A stretch of DNA of 54,568 nt, the filler included, from Catajapyx aquilonaris (lineage: Eukaryota): the NCBI GenBank assembly GCA_000934665.2. It is 2 parts of 2 records of this genome, joined end to end, with 100 filler letters (N's around TTAATTAATTAA, not from the genome) between each part and the next. Parts side by side here need not be neighbours in the genome. Positions count along the whole stretch, not along the records: positions 1 to 27,253 come from KZ539283.1; 1 more part is not named here. One strand, 5' to 3'. A program made the translations under genes and the position numbers. The notes under the pieces were generated by a model. The model made no database searches, had not been told where the DNA came from, and was given only the letters and a program-made list of their open reading frames with translations. Positions 13,041 to 25,200 of the stretch are shown in pieces (within the stretch, counting starts at the first letter, position 1; every line of letters starts with the position of its first letter).

Positions 13041-13630
13041 TCTTTTCTAATGGCATGTTCTAGTATTGCATTGGCATATAACCAACTGCACTTCTGTCCC
13101 ATGCCACACCCACATCCAAACACAATCACACGCTCGCCATAAACCAGCAATTAGTTCGCCTCTCGCCAATTCCGCCTCTGCAATGAAAAGGTTGCCCACC
13201 CTAAGTTTAAAGCCTTTGACAGCCTCAATTGAGCATCCTTGCAAGTAAACAGGGCGTGGGCCATGTAGCTCAATTAGTCCGGTGAGCTTTCCTTATCATC
13301 CTTTGGACGTTCATCGCGCCATTCACAGACGTAATTTGCTGATTGATTGACCTACATTGGGGGCACATTTCCGTCTTGTGGTGAACAATTTATGCCTTCC
13401 AAAAAAAAAGTACTGGCATTGCGCCTACAACGACAGCAAGATGAATGGGTTGTAATAAATTGATAGCTTATACAGAGAACCAAGAAAATAGAAAAGGTGT
13501 AGTATTGGCGCGTTGGATAAGTATAGGCCTATATACCTCATGAGGTGGGTCTCAGAGGATGTATATCGATAGCGTGGGATACTCTCAATCATGGTTATAG
13601 AAGACAGGTTAGGTCACTCCCACCCCCCCA

Positions 13631-13923
13631 CTGCCGGGGCGTTTTTCAGCGAGTTCTCACCTGAGACCGCCATGAGACATTTCGGAGCCACGACAAGTGG
13701 CGACCCTACCGGACCAAGGTTGAACTTTATAGGTACGAAAGGGAGGGCTACATTGGGGGGCCCAACATGGCCGCCGGCGGCCATGTTGGGTCATCATGTA
13801 GCCCCCCCCCCCCTTTCGTACCTATAAAGTTCAACCTTGGTCCGGTAGGGTCGCCACTTGTCGAGGCTCCGAAATGTCTCATGGCGGTCTCAGGTGAGAA
13901 ATCGCTGCAAAATGCCTCGGCAG
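13631..13923. repeat. Near-perfect 293-bp GC-rich palindrome with no loop
   Basis: Arms match throughout; the centre CCCAACATGGCCGCCGGCGGCCATGTTGGG (13761-13790) is a perfect palindrome. Confidence 0.95.
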
Positions 13924-14183
13924 GTGATAACGCCAGAACGTAGTATAACTGTCCGTGGGCTGCTCTCAATAGAGTGCCTGATTCAGATGGTTTCTCGCAA
14001 TCCAAGTCGCATATCGTTTTCAGTGTTATGTAAAATTGAAAAATCGTCCAAATAAATCAATGTTGAACGTTAAACTACGCTGATAATGGTCGGGTACCGT
14101 ACATATTATGCAAGGTTCAACCAACGTTTTAACTGTCAATTAAGAGCCAACTGTGCAGAGTGGAGTTCTAATCTACGTATATA

Positions 14184-14552
14184 CAGGTGGACCCCGTTAT
14201 CAGCGGGTTGAAAATATTAAGACTAAGACAGTGATAAACAAAAATATTAATTTTAAACCTATACGTATCAAACAGGTATTTTTATTACACTGCAGTAATG
14301 TATGGCTACAACTACTATTCTATTTTATTGTTACGTTTGTTGAGGTCTTAATTTGTATAATAATTTTAAAATTTTCATGTGTTATCATGTAGCCTATTTA
14401 CGTTTTAAAAAAAAACCATGTTACAGTATAAAAAATTTGGTTCATACGCGGATTTCAATTATCCGCGGGGGGGGGGGGGGNGGGGAGGTCGGCAAAGGTT
14501 GGGGGCAAAGGGCAGGGGTTTGGAACCAATAACCGTGGATAACTGGGGCTAC
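14184..14552. mobile_element. Tigger/MER2-like element
   Basis: TA|CAGGTGGACCCCGTTATCAGCGG at left; GGAACCAATAACCGTGGATAACTGGGGCTAC at right, interrupted by the next MITE. Confidence 0.7.
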
Positions 14553-14679
14553 TGCCTGGTTGCACCAACAAAATTACCGGTCAGATAGCTCCTAACGGAC
14601 CGATAGCACATGTTAAAAGGTCTACCTATCTGTCCATTAGGAGCTATCGGACCGGTAATTTTGTTGGTGCAACCAGGCA
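14553..14679. mobile_element. PIF/Harbinger-type MITE
   Basis: 54-bp TIR TGCCTGGTTGCACCAACAAAATTACCGGTC... with 3 mismatches; 3-bp TSD TAC at 14550-52 and 14680-82. Confidence 0.88.
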
Positions 14680-17551
14680 TACTTTTCGCACTTCCCAAAG
14701 CAAATAATTCGTCTGGGCTAATAACCGCCGCCCTATTTTTGGTGACGCTGGACAATCTCGTTAATAATGTACAGTAGGCCTACTTCAAATCGGAGGAATC
14801 AACTTTTGGTCCTTCTAAAACTAAAGAATTTCGCAGAATTCGTCTAGAACACAGCACATGAGTCAAAGATGGATAAAGTTTTGTTCTGCGCGCCATTAAA
14901 TTGGAATTTGCTAATTCAATATTTGATGGCATACAACAAGGGTATACAACAAGGTAATGGCGTGAATCCCATTCCTGGTGGTTGCAATTTCATTATGCCA
15001 TCAAGCGAAATGTTGGGTGAAGTCATGAACGGGGTGTCCTTTGTGACACAAACCGTCAAAGTGGGTGATGAAATTATACACTTCAGAGAGTTTCTGCCAG
15101 TGTATGCTACTGATACAGCTTACGACACTACCATGGGCTAGGAGACTGAGGGCCCCACTAAACTTGTTGTTTACTCCTATCATTTTCGATACGGTAGGTT
15201 ACGATAATAACTCCAATCTTCAAAATAAATGATGAAAAATAATCAACTTAGCGCCAAAACATCGCTAACATATATACATTTCAAGAAGAACACGTGGTTT
15301 TTTAAAAATCACTTCATGCAGAACTCCAGCAGAGGTGCAAAATGATACACAATTAATATTCAATACATTAAAGGCTGAATCTGAACGATTGAGTTATAGG
15401 AGGCAAAACTTGGCCATAGCGTAATTCCCTGTCGCTTTGACTTCATGGTTCAAACTAGGTGTAGCTTGACATCTAGCGGAGAAATCATTAACTCTGTATC
15501 CAAAGCTCATTCCAGTACATCTACAACACGGTCTACCATTTCTCGTCTATTTCCACTGGGGAAAAATAGTCTATAGGCCTACTGTGTAGAGTCAATACGA
15601 TTATCCGTGAAATTAACTTCAATATCGGATTCACGACTCATTTTCAGTGTGTCTCTTGTGTGCATTTGAAAGTGGTTCGTTACACGCAGGGTGAGGTGAT
15701 TATTGCGTGGATTATTGCATACGGTGATGAAACAAAATGTCCACAAATGCTGTGTGAAGCAGGTTGAGTGTTGTTTGTACTTTTCATTATATTATCATTT
15801 GAGCCGGACAAGAACACACTCGACCTTATCTCACATTGAAGTTAGAGCCTTATTTTAAAACTTTAAAAAGCGAATAATTTAAATACAAAGTGTGGTCTGA
15901 TGCAAACATGCCAATATGCGATATACAGCGGTAATTAATAATGCGCCATAGGTCAAATGACACCCAGTACAAAATATTACTATTGTTTGTTTGTCAGAAT
16001 CATTACGTGGTCTACGACCTACGTCAAGAATTCATAAAATATCTCCCATTAAATTGTAAATGGACAACGTTATTGTGATCACCACTGTTTCATCGTGTGT
16101 TGAAGTGCCAGTTTCTTTTCCTACTATCCTTCTGCCTCAACAGTACCCTATACAGTAGTCTATAACTTTCATACATTTTCACATTTCTTGACCCTTCAAA
16201 ATATTTTGTGTTTTGATTTTTACGCCTGTACCAGACGTGTAAATATCAGCTAGAATAATATTGATCGCTCGTTTCTTTTTTTTCTTCAAATCCCTAGAAC
16301 TCTAGTCTGGAGGGTTGGGTAGTAATTTATTCCTAACATACCACTAGTCTCAGAGTTTTAGAGTCGTAATGTGCAATCTTGTTTAAAATTTATTTTCAAA
16401 TGAATTATTACGTATCGGTACGAAAGTCATCGCCTGTAAAAATGTCCCACGCCTTCGTCTTTGAAACATAACTGTACCATAAAATTTCGGAGCGTGTTAA
16501 TATATCATGCACTGCATATCTGTCAGTTTAAATGAGGTCGTCATACACGCCCTTCGTCCCTCGTCCTTGCCTCTGTAAATTAAGGCCGTTTCGGCCAAAT
16601 TCGGCGAACAGGGAGTATGGTGAAAAATCGCCCTGTCTGGCAAAAACTGGCGAAAAGGTGGTGGCAGGTCACAAAATTTGGTGTCTATTTGGATACTAAA
16701 AATGGGTCTAAAGAGACTTCAAACAGGCCCCAAATGACGGACTTGTGCAATTTCTGATGTATGTGAATAATCCTTAAATTATTGTTCCTAGTGTAACAGA
16801 GTCCATTGTAGAGGAATCTTGTGTGCGGCGGAAATTTTCACGGTAGATGCAGGCTTCCCTGTATAATTTGCATAAACCATAAGAGGAGGAAGTCTGCAGC
16901 GCCAGTGGAGATTTCACATTCTTTCGGCAGATGGCGGACTGTGCGGTTATCATGGTTACCCAAGAATTCATTCTGAGCGCCTCCACCTTGTCCGCAGTGT
17001 ACTACATCATAGACACAACGGAGAATGAAGACTTGATTTGCATTACCATCATATTTTGGTAGGAATTTTGATGCATTGTTTAAAATGATACTTGAAGGGT
17101 CAAGTCAGGTTTCCGATATACAGTAGAGAAATTGCAGTCCCCTAAAGAAATACTGGCAGAAAATGAAAAAAAAAGAAGAAGAAGAAAAACGTATAGGACC
17201 AAGATTTGATAGGACCTAATATGGGCTCTGCAAAGTGTCAATCCTCTTATATATGAAAATCATTCCAATGTGATTCTGATCGACGTCTTCACGTGTGAAT
17301 TCTGGTGGGTGGGTGATTGGTAGACTACACTTTTTTTCCGGTAAGACTTTATCATCATTTGAACCGATTTTAATCCATAAATCAATCTTCCAAAATCATT
17401 TACCTTCACTCAGCACTGGTGGTACACCAAATGAACTCTGTTTTTTTCACTGTTTGAATACATAGGGTGGTATGCTGAGTTGCACCTCAGTGACGTGTTA
17501 ATAACATATATTGTGCCCCTATATACTGTAAGTTATATAACTATCTAAATT

Positions 17552-17817
17552 TGGTGGAGTGGATATGGAGTCCGCCTGCTAATTGGGAGGTCCTGGGTTC
17601 GAATCCCGGGGCCGGCGACCCTGATCGTGGTTTTCTGTGGTTTCCCACGGTCCTTCCAGGATAATTCTGGGGTCGTTTCCGTAACAACAGGCCACAGCCG
17701 CTTCCTTCCGTCCCTATCCTATCCCAAAAAGCGCAGTAAAATGAAAGCAAAGAGTTCCAGTCAAAACAAAAATTTCCCCCCTAAAGAGACGCCGCGCCGG
17801 CCGATAACGGGGTATAA

Positions 17818-17857
<40 letters not shown>
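17552..17857 (+). mobile_element. tRNA-derived SINE, family B, slightly 5'-truncated
   Basis: B box GGTTCGAATCC, body matches the 10373 copy, (ATT)n tail, 10-bp TSD TATCTAAATT at 17542-51 and 17858-67. Confidence 0.95.
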
Positions 17858-17860
<3 letters not shown>

Positions 17861-19297
17861 CTAAATTAATTACATAAAAATTAATAAGTTAGAGGTTGTT
17901 CAACTGAATTATAAATTTAACTCTTCTGGTAAGTTATATCATTTATTTAGTAAAATTCCTAATTATTACGCACCTTAGCATGCATATTTATGCCTCATGA
18001 AACTGAACTTAAATATGAATAGTGAAATAGAAGATACTGACCTACTTGTAGTATCCTCACCCTTTTTTATGAGCGCCTATTTTTACCTATATACTTCAGC
18101 ATCACACGTTCGGGATATTGGTGGCTATATAATCACATTTTTAAAATACCAATCCCTTCCCAACACATAACTCACGTACCGAACTGTTCGGCGAACTAGC
18201 CTAATCTGATGCAGTCCCCTGGAAGCTCCTCCCATAGGAAAATTAATTAACCCTCAAAGTATGCATAATAGATTATAACATGTCGATGGGTGAACCACTC
18301 CACTTTCAAGTATATACACCTGGTTACGATTATCCATAATTACCGGTAATCATTTTTCATTAAAAAAAACAGAGACTTCTCGCGATAAGCGGTGCAATTA
18401 CACGACAATGCGTATAACGTGCACCTGCTTATATACGCACCTGATTATTGTGTGGTTAATCTCTCGACTAACACATGTATTATGGGCTATATCTTGGCTA
18501 TATCTGAACATATCTGGTTAACATGGCGGGCAAGAAGACTGGTTTGCCAATAAAAATTCTGTTGCAATGTCATAGTATCACAAAAAAATGTGCCCTATTT
18601 ATTAAAACGCTTCGATTTATGTACAAAAATGTCCTACATCTTGAATCTCATTTTCAGCCAGCGAAGGAAAAAGTTTGCCGAACTCATCATTCACGCTCAG
18701 CAGTTAGTCTATCCTCCTCACTAATGAGAGTGGAAGTTTGAACAGCCAGTTATTTTTTAACAATATAGCATCCAGATTTCTGTAATTCGACTCCCTGAGC
18801 AGAGTTACATGATTATATTCGAATTTCTGACGAGAACAAATACAATACGCAGGTAACTTGCTAGATTTATATACGTATACATCCAACCAAATAAACATCA
18901 TTAGTCATGACTGTACAGTATATACAAAGAGCCTCTATTGTAATGATGGTTGTGCAAGAGTTTCATCCCTGTAGTTTATAATGAGGACATTTTTACTAAC
19001 TGCAGGTATAGATTGGCGCATGAAGTTGATAATATCAGACGCATCTCTATACTGGTTTGTTTTGATTTGTTCCCTAGCATAAAGCCTATAAGAATATAGC
19101 AGCATTACCTACGCATTATTCCAAACAGAAATGCACCTGTATTGATAATTAAGATAAATACTGGTACATTTTTCTTCCTGAGTTATTCCTGAGGCTGGTA
19201 TGGGAAAATACAGTAGTTAAGGAAAATACCATATCTGATAGGATGGACATCGGAAGTACCCTTGTCTATGAGTTAGCCTATAGTCCTATACTATATA

Positions 19298-19752
19298 CAG
19301 GGTGAAGGGAAACTGGCGCCCAATCGCCAGGTAGACTGATAGTAGCCTATACTCGCAATAACACTAACATAGGGATGTGAAATTAGTTTTGGGCGCCATT
19401 GCGTAGTTAATGCGTACGGCGCGTTAGTGTAGAGGGCCGGATGTAAAAATATGAGGTAAAAATGACAAGTGCATGGGTGTCGTATAGTACCCGTATTCTT
19501 ACTTTGACGGGATTTGATCACCTATTGCACTTGGACGATGTGTTACGTACCCAAGGCTGAATTGTTCGGAGGCCCTCGAGCTGGCTTTTGCTTCTTTATA
19601 GCTGGCGGAACGGATGTGACGTCACGAAACTTTGAAGACACCGGACGCATTAACTACGCTACGGCGCCCAACTCTAATTGCACATCCCTATATTAGTTTT
19701 GCGAGTACTATCAGTCTACCTGGCGATTGGGCGCGAGTTTCTATTCACCCTG
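19298..19752. mobile_element. Tc1/mariner-type MITE with ~120-bp imperfect TIRs
   Basis: TA|CAGGGTGAA...TTCACCCTG|TA; GCGCCCAATCGCCAGGTAGACTGATAGTA is mirrored at the right end. Confidence 0.9.
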
Positions 19753-19846
19753 TATACAGTACCATTGTAACTCATATAACTGACCGTATATGGTAATATT
19801 TGTATGTTACAAACAAACATCAAGTTATCCATTGTCAAATTAGGCC

Positions 19847-19937
19847 TACCTCTATTCAAGTGCTTTCATTTCAGGCCATATTCTGTGCACTCTAGTGCAC
19901 AGAGTAGGGCCTAAAATAATAGCACTTGAATAGGGTA
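19847..19937. repeat. ~90-bp hairpin / mini-MITE
   Basis: CTATTCAAGTGCT...TCTGTGCAC-TCTA-GTGCACAGA...AGCACTTGAATAG with TA at both ends. Confidence 0.8.
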
Positions 19938-20911
19938 TATGTAGTATATTTATAATAATTGATCATGTCATATCAGATAATTATAAATTCGGATAGCATG
20001 GTGAAACAAGTATTAATATTGACACATTCCACAACTTCATGCTTCACAGTTTTACGATCATAATATCCGCGCCCTACGTGCATCACATTACGCTCTACTT
20101 CCATTCCGCCAAAACAGATCTTGCCAACCCACGTCCAACCCAATCTCAGTTCCATAAAATTTTGAAAATTGGAAATTGGAAGTGAGGGGATTCAGGCCGA
20201 AAATGATATCACGCCTTTGACGAATTACATTTCCGATATGGCAGACGTCTCCTGATGCTGGAAGACGAATATCATAATTAGTACGCAATATACCGTAGTG
20301 CGTAGTCTATTATTCACAACACCATTGGGATTTTATGTTTTTAAAGTACTTTCAGCTATATTGCACAGTTAGTGTAATTAATAATTAACTCAATACGACA
20401 TCCTGTATGATACACTTTAGATAACAGTATAAGGCAAGCACAGGAACTACTGAAAAACGAGTTTTCTGGAAAACACATACACGGAAGGAACTTTTTTAGA
20501 GTTTTGCAGTAACTGTAGAATGGTTATTCCGTAAGTAGATTTGCCAAGAAACACTCGCGACGGTGTACAACACTTGTTCAGGTGAAATTAGTTACGTCAC
20601 GGCCCTTGATCATGCCCAGCAGTTCGCAACTACTGTAAGTTATACGAATGTACGTATAAGATTACATTCGTTCTTGAACGTAATAACAGTAACATTATTA
20701 TGCTAGTACACTTTATGACATGTTGCTCTTGGTCTGCAATTCTACATTTTAAGAAGGGATATGCACCAGTGCATTTCACGCCTCCTCTTCAGTATATGGC
20801 ATGTGATTATTCGACAATATTGTGAGTTGTTTATCTTCCGAATGCTTGCCTCAAGACCTTGAAGGCATGTAGGAGTGTCAAGTCGGGCTTGGTTGAGGGT
20901 GACTACAAAAG

Positions 20912-20977
20912 TGGGTGGTGATAATGGCTCATTCTCACTTGCCTGCCTCCCGTCCATTTGGAAATGGACGGGCCTGA
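20912..20977 (+). repeat. Short dispersed repeat ending in a hairpin, copy 1
   Basis: TGGGTGGTGATAATGGCTCATTCTCACTT...CCCGTCCATT-TGGA-AATGGACGGG; homologous to 32284-32353. Confidence 0.7.
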
Positions 20978-21869
20978 AATTATGTTATACCCTCTCCATT
21001 TGTGTTATAGCAGGGTGGTACTGTACAGTGTTTAGGCATACAAGTATACGTACACTGGAAAGTCTATGGGTATACTGTGCAAAACAGCTAAGTGTGTTAT
21101 TGAGAGATCGCATTAAGATAGTTTCCTCTCATAAACAGCCAGAAGTAAAATAGGGTTTAAACACAATAATATTTGCAGCTAATTACACAGGTCGCAAATG
21201 ATTCAGCCACATGATTATCAAGCAGTACTATGACTGATGAAATATATTGTCATTCAAATTGATTCGAGCACCGGTGAATGCCACAGTGAAAACAAGAGCA
21301 TGAAAATATTATTCCACACTTAAATCCTTCAAGACTATAATGAAGCTAACAATATAGCTCTTAATGTATAGTGTAAATTTAGTAATCGAGTAAATTGATT
21401 AATAATGTATAGTGTAAATTGAGTACTCTGGAACATCAGCTGTATAATAATGTTGACATTAAATATTTCCAAACGGCGATAAGAATTTCATCATATACTT
21501 TGCAGTGCGGACCACAATTCACGTACACTGTGGATACCTGCATAATTCCAGTACAATGAATACGTCGCATAGACCAGTTGCTCATATAAACGCATCAGTG
21601 AGGAACTCTTCGACCCTCTTCCTGCAAAGATTGCATGCAAACCTATTCATTTTTTTTTTTTTCTGGGTCAAACTCTTCTTATTCTTCCTGTTAGTTAAGT
21701 TCGCACATATGTCCCAAGATATACCTAAGCGGCCTCCGTGACCAACAAATTGATAACCAACATCATGAATTACACGGTAGAGCATAGCCCTGACCACAAC
21801 CACCGTCACGCATGGCTATAATACAGTACCGTATCTCTCGCAGGCAACAGGCAACAAGCAACAGGCAGC

Positions 21870-22196
21870 AGCCAATGGGAAATGAAGAGAGGTGAGAGTG
21901 AAGTCCTCCTCTTTTGTCCAGGGTGGTGGGAGGAGGGGGGTCAGGTGGGTAGAGGCAGGCAGACAGGCAGGGGAGCAGGCGAGCAGAGTTGGCTGGAGAG
22001 AAAAGGCGCGCGTTTGGCTACAGCTGCTCCCATAAAGGCCGCGGGTCGTGAACGGAACATGTCTGCGCCTGGCCACCTTTAACCGGGCTCGACGTTTTTC
22101 TTCAGTCAGGTGCTCCGGTTCAGCATGGACCGACAAGGGCGTTGACGGCTCTGGCAGTGTTACGTTTGACGGTGTCCCGACGTGGACAGTACAAAT
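21870..22196 (+). promoter_or_regulatory. Putative Pol II promoter and 5' UTR of gene A
   Basis: GC/CpG-rich patch in AT-rich DNA. CCAAT 21872-76, CATAAA 22031-36, arthropod-type initiator TCAGTC 22102-07, directly upstream of a signal-peptide exon. Confidence 0.6.
22125..22145 (+). promoter_or_regulatory. Upstream ORF (MDRQGR*)
   Basis: cagcATGG context (A at -3, G at +4); stops 51 nt before the main ATG. Confidence 0.45.
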
Positions 22197-22281
22197 ATGG
22201 CGCCGGTACGAGGCAGCCTTGTGCTTACGTTGGTGGTAACTCTTGTCGTCCTCTGCAGCGTGCCGGTCATCAGCCAGCAAA
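22197..22281 (+). CDS. First coding exon of a secreted or membrane protein (signal peptide MAPVRGSLVLTLVVTLVVLCSVPVIS|QQ)
   Basis: caaatATGG start, basic n-region, long hydrophobic h-region, V-I-S cleavage motif, consensus donor GTGAGT at 22282 in phase 1. Confidence 0.75.
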
Positions 22282-25200
22282 GTGAGTTCATAATGTTTTG
22301 TGGTGGATGTTGTTTTGTGAGTGTATGCTAAGTTACATGTACTGTGTGGTACTTTCACCAAAGGCGAACGGACTACAGGTCAAAATGTTCCATTGTTGTT
22401 ATGGGAAATTATTGAAGCAGACTTTTAAATTCAATTTGAATGTAGGCTATACAATAGGTGCAGGCTTACAATATACTAATCGGTGAACTAGAAACCAGTT
22501 TTAGAAGAAACGGCGAGGGCTTTTACGCCTGTAAATAGGCAGCCACATAACTGGATTCTAAAGAATGTGACTGTATTTGTGGAAGCATGTCACAAGTCAC
22601 AGGTACATATTCTGATCCGGGTAAGACTGAGCTGAGTAGTTCCACGAGGAAGTTCCAGCCTATAGGTACTTGTAATACAGTACATAGACCTGGTATAGGA
22701 AACCGCAACCTTTGATATTAGCATTTCAGCTCGAGCTGGTGCTAGAAGCAATTTATGCAGCGTTGCATCTCAAGACATATCAAGGCAAACGTACAGTAAA
22801 TAAAGCTTCTCTCTAAAGCATTCGAGCAGCGTTATTTCCGAAATGTAGGAAAGTGTTACACTGTGTCGTGCAATACTTTGGAAGAAGATCTGAAAACGGG
22901 GACAACTCTTGTCAACCGAACTTCTCCTTCCATGTCAGCTTCAGTTTTAAAAACACACAGTTTAGTACCTGACATACTCTGACAACTGCTCTGCAACATG
23001 CAGTACGCATCTGAAGTAACAGTTTTTATTATTCGACAAGATTGTGTCTGCCTATTTTATGATGTAAATATTTACTGCACTTGGTGATAGATTACCCAGC
23101 GGACCTTCCTGCTGAATTTTTGCACAGCATGTATCATCATTAAATGTGCTTTCAGCACGTATCCTCCCATTTTCTGACTGTCGCACTGCACAAGATTTGT
23201 TTTGTGACACACCATCATTTAGCTGTTTAAAAGGGCATTAAGTTTTGGACAATCCTTTTATAGGGTTTTATTCTTCATGCACCAGCAGTAATGTCACGTA
23301 ACGTGCACGTATTTTTCATCACGCTTGGACTGTGCAGGACCATAGCAGAAAGAAGCACGACTGTTATATTCGGCAAAAGAAATAGTGCCCAATATTGCGG
23401 CCTCGTTGAGTTATTCATATGCAGTCAGGATATGCTAAGTCACGCTCTAAAAGAACAAACGAGTTATTGCAATTCAAACAGAACTAAACCGGTACTTGTC
23501 AAAGCATACTCTGTCTAACAATTCGCTAAAATAATTGTTCGAGGAAGAAAAAGTAGGATTAGCCTACTTTGCAAGGGATGTTGTGGAGATTAGCACATCA
23601 CTTAGCGCAGATTTTAATCAGGAAAATGTTATCAGCAAGTTGGGTTTTGTCGTTTCAGTGCACATAACTGCAAACTCCTTTTTTTTCAAATTAAAGTAAA
23701 TGTCACCCAATGTTTAAAAAGTGGCACAAGTTTACATAGCTAGCGTAATCATCTAATCAACCTAAACGTCTTCTCTACTCTTTCCTACTTTTGAGTTGAG
23801 CATTGCGCAGGCCGTTCACGTAACCGGAAATGGAAATGTTGATTTCATGCGATATACGGGGGGCTCATCAATACAGGTCCCGTCAGATTCCATATTGATT
23901 TGCGAATGTGTTGCCATGCTTGTGAAATCTTGAGTTTTGTTTGCGACTAAGCTCAATCTTGACACCAGCCTCAGCTATAATTTGATACCAATTAGGGACC
24001 GTTTTCGTCCCGAAAGTGACCTCCTTCTTCTGCCAAGTACTCTTCCTCTTGGATCAAAATCTGCATAAATGAAATCAACCTAGTTGGACAAGCACCAGAT
24101 TCACTTTCGTACCCGTCAGCTGCCAAAATTGTGCTTGCAAATATTTGGATTGCCGGATTGAAAATGTCAGTTTAACGAGAGTGGCAAATCTTGTGCAATG
24201 CAGGTGTTGAATGGCTCGTGTCCATCAACACCATACTGCAGAATATTAAAGTGGGGGTCATATTGTGTACATGACGATAATTCTGCAAAATTGGCCTGGT
24301 TTTATTTCAAAAATTTGTGTGTACAGATGTTTTGTAATCACGCTTGTGGAAGTGCAATTGAACGAATAAAAAATTAAGGACCGGTTAGAGTCGTTACATT
24401 GTTGTAATCCCTCATATATCGCCTAATAAGGACAAATATCACTTGTTAGGATGAAAAGACTACTTTCAAAGGCACCTCACAACCGCCTTCCAATGTATGA
24501 TTTTGTCCTTGAGCAGATCCACTGTTCGACTATTGGTATACCTATTTATTACATGGGTCTACCTGCCCACCCACCTGGCTTATAGATAATCCTGTTCCTC
24601 AAGTTCCACTCTCTGAATCAGAAACCGCAATAACAACCTTTGTTGACGGGAACCCTATGTACCGTATTCCGCTGGGGATATATCAAGGTTTATTGCTATC
24701 TTTAACAGCTACAGTGCACAGTTTTTCGTTTTGTTTTTGAGCTACGAATTCACCTTGATTACTGCTACCTAGTATCACGCGATACGTGGCCAATAATTCG
24801 TTCAAGCAGTTCAAAAGTAATTTACTTTTCAGGAAACTTGAGAAAGAATTGAATTTTTGTAATGTGCAAAGTCACTCCATCATTCACGCTTCCATGATTT
24901 AGAGCAAGCGCACACAAGTTGGACCAAATCGACCCTATTGGTGGGGGATGGGGAACACATTTTCTTCTTATGTAACGCACAAGTGAACGTAATTTCAAGG
25001 TCCCATGATGATCACCTTTGATGGGAAAAAGGCACGGTACATTGGGATCAATAATTATGATGCAGGGTGACAAGAGTCCTAATTGCACTAATTTGAAATT
25101 CCCAAGGTTGAATCTATAATTGATTTAAAAATATTTCGAAAACTGCTTTTCATATTTCACATTTACTGATGTAATTTATTGGCAGGAATAATTACCTCCC

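Noticed and set aside
14869..15141. 90-aa ATG ORF
   Set aside because: No family motif, splice support or promoter evidence.
21816..22361. 181-aa minus-strand ORF
   Set aside because: Antisense shadow of a GC-rich promoter and exon; no domain features.
23990..24130. Faint mariner TGDE.W...YDP-like remnant on the minus strand
   Set aside because: Needs several frameshifts; similarity too weak.
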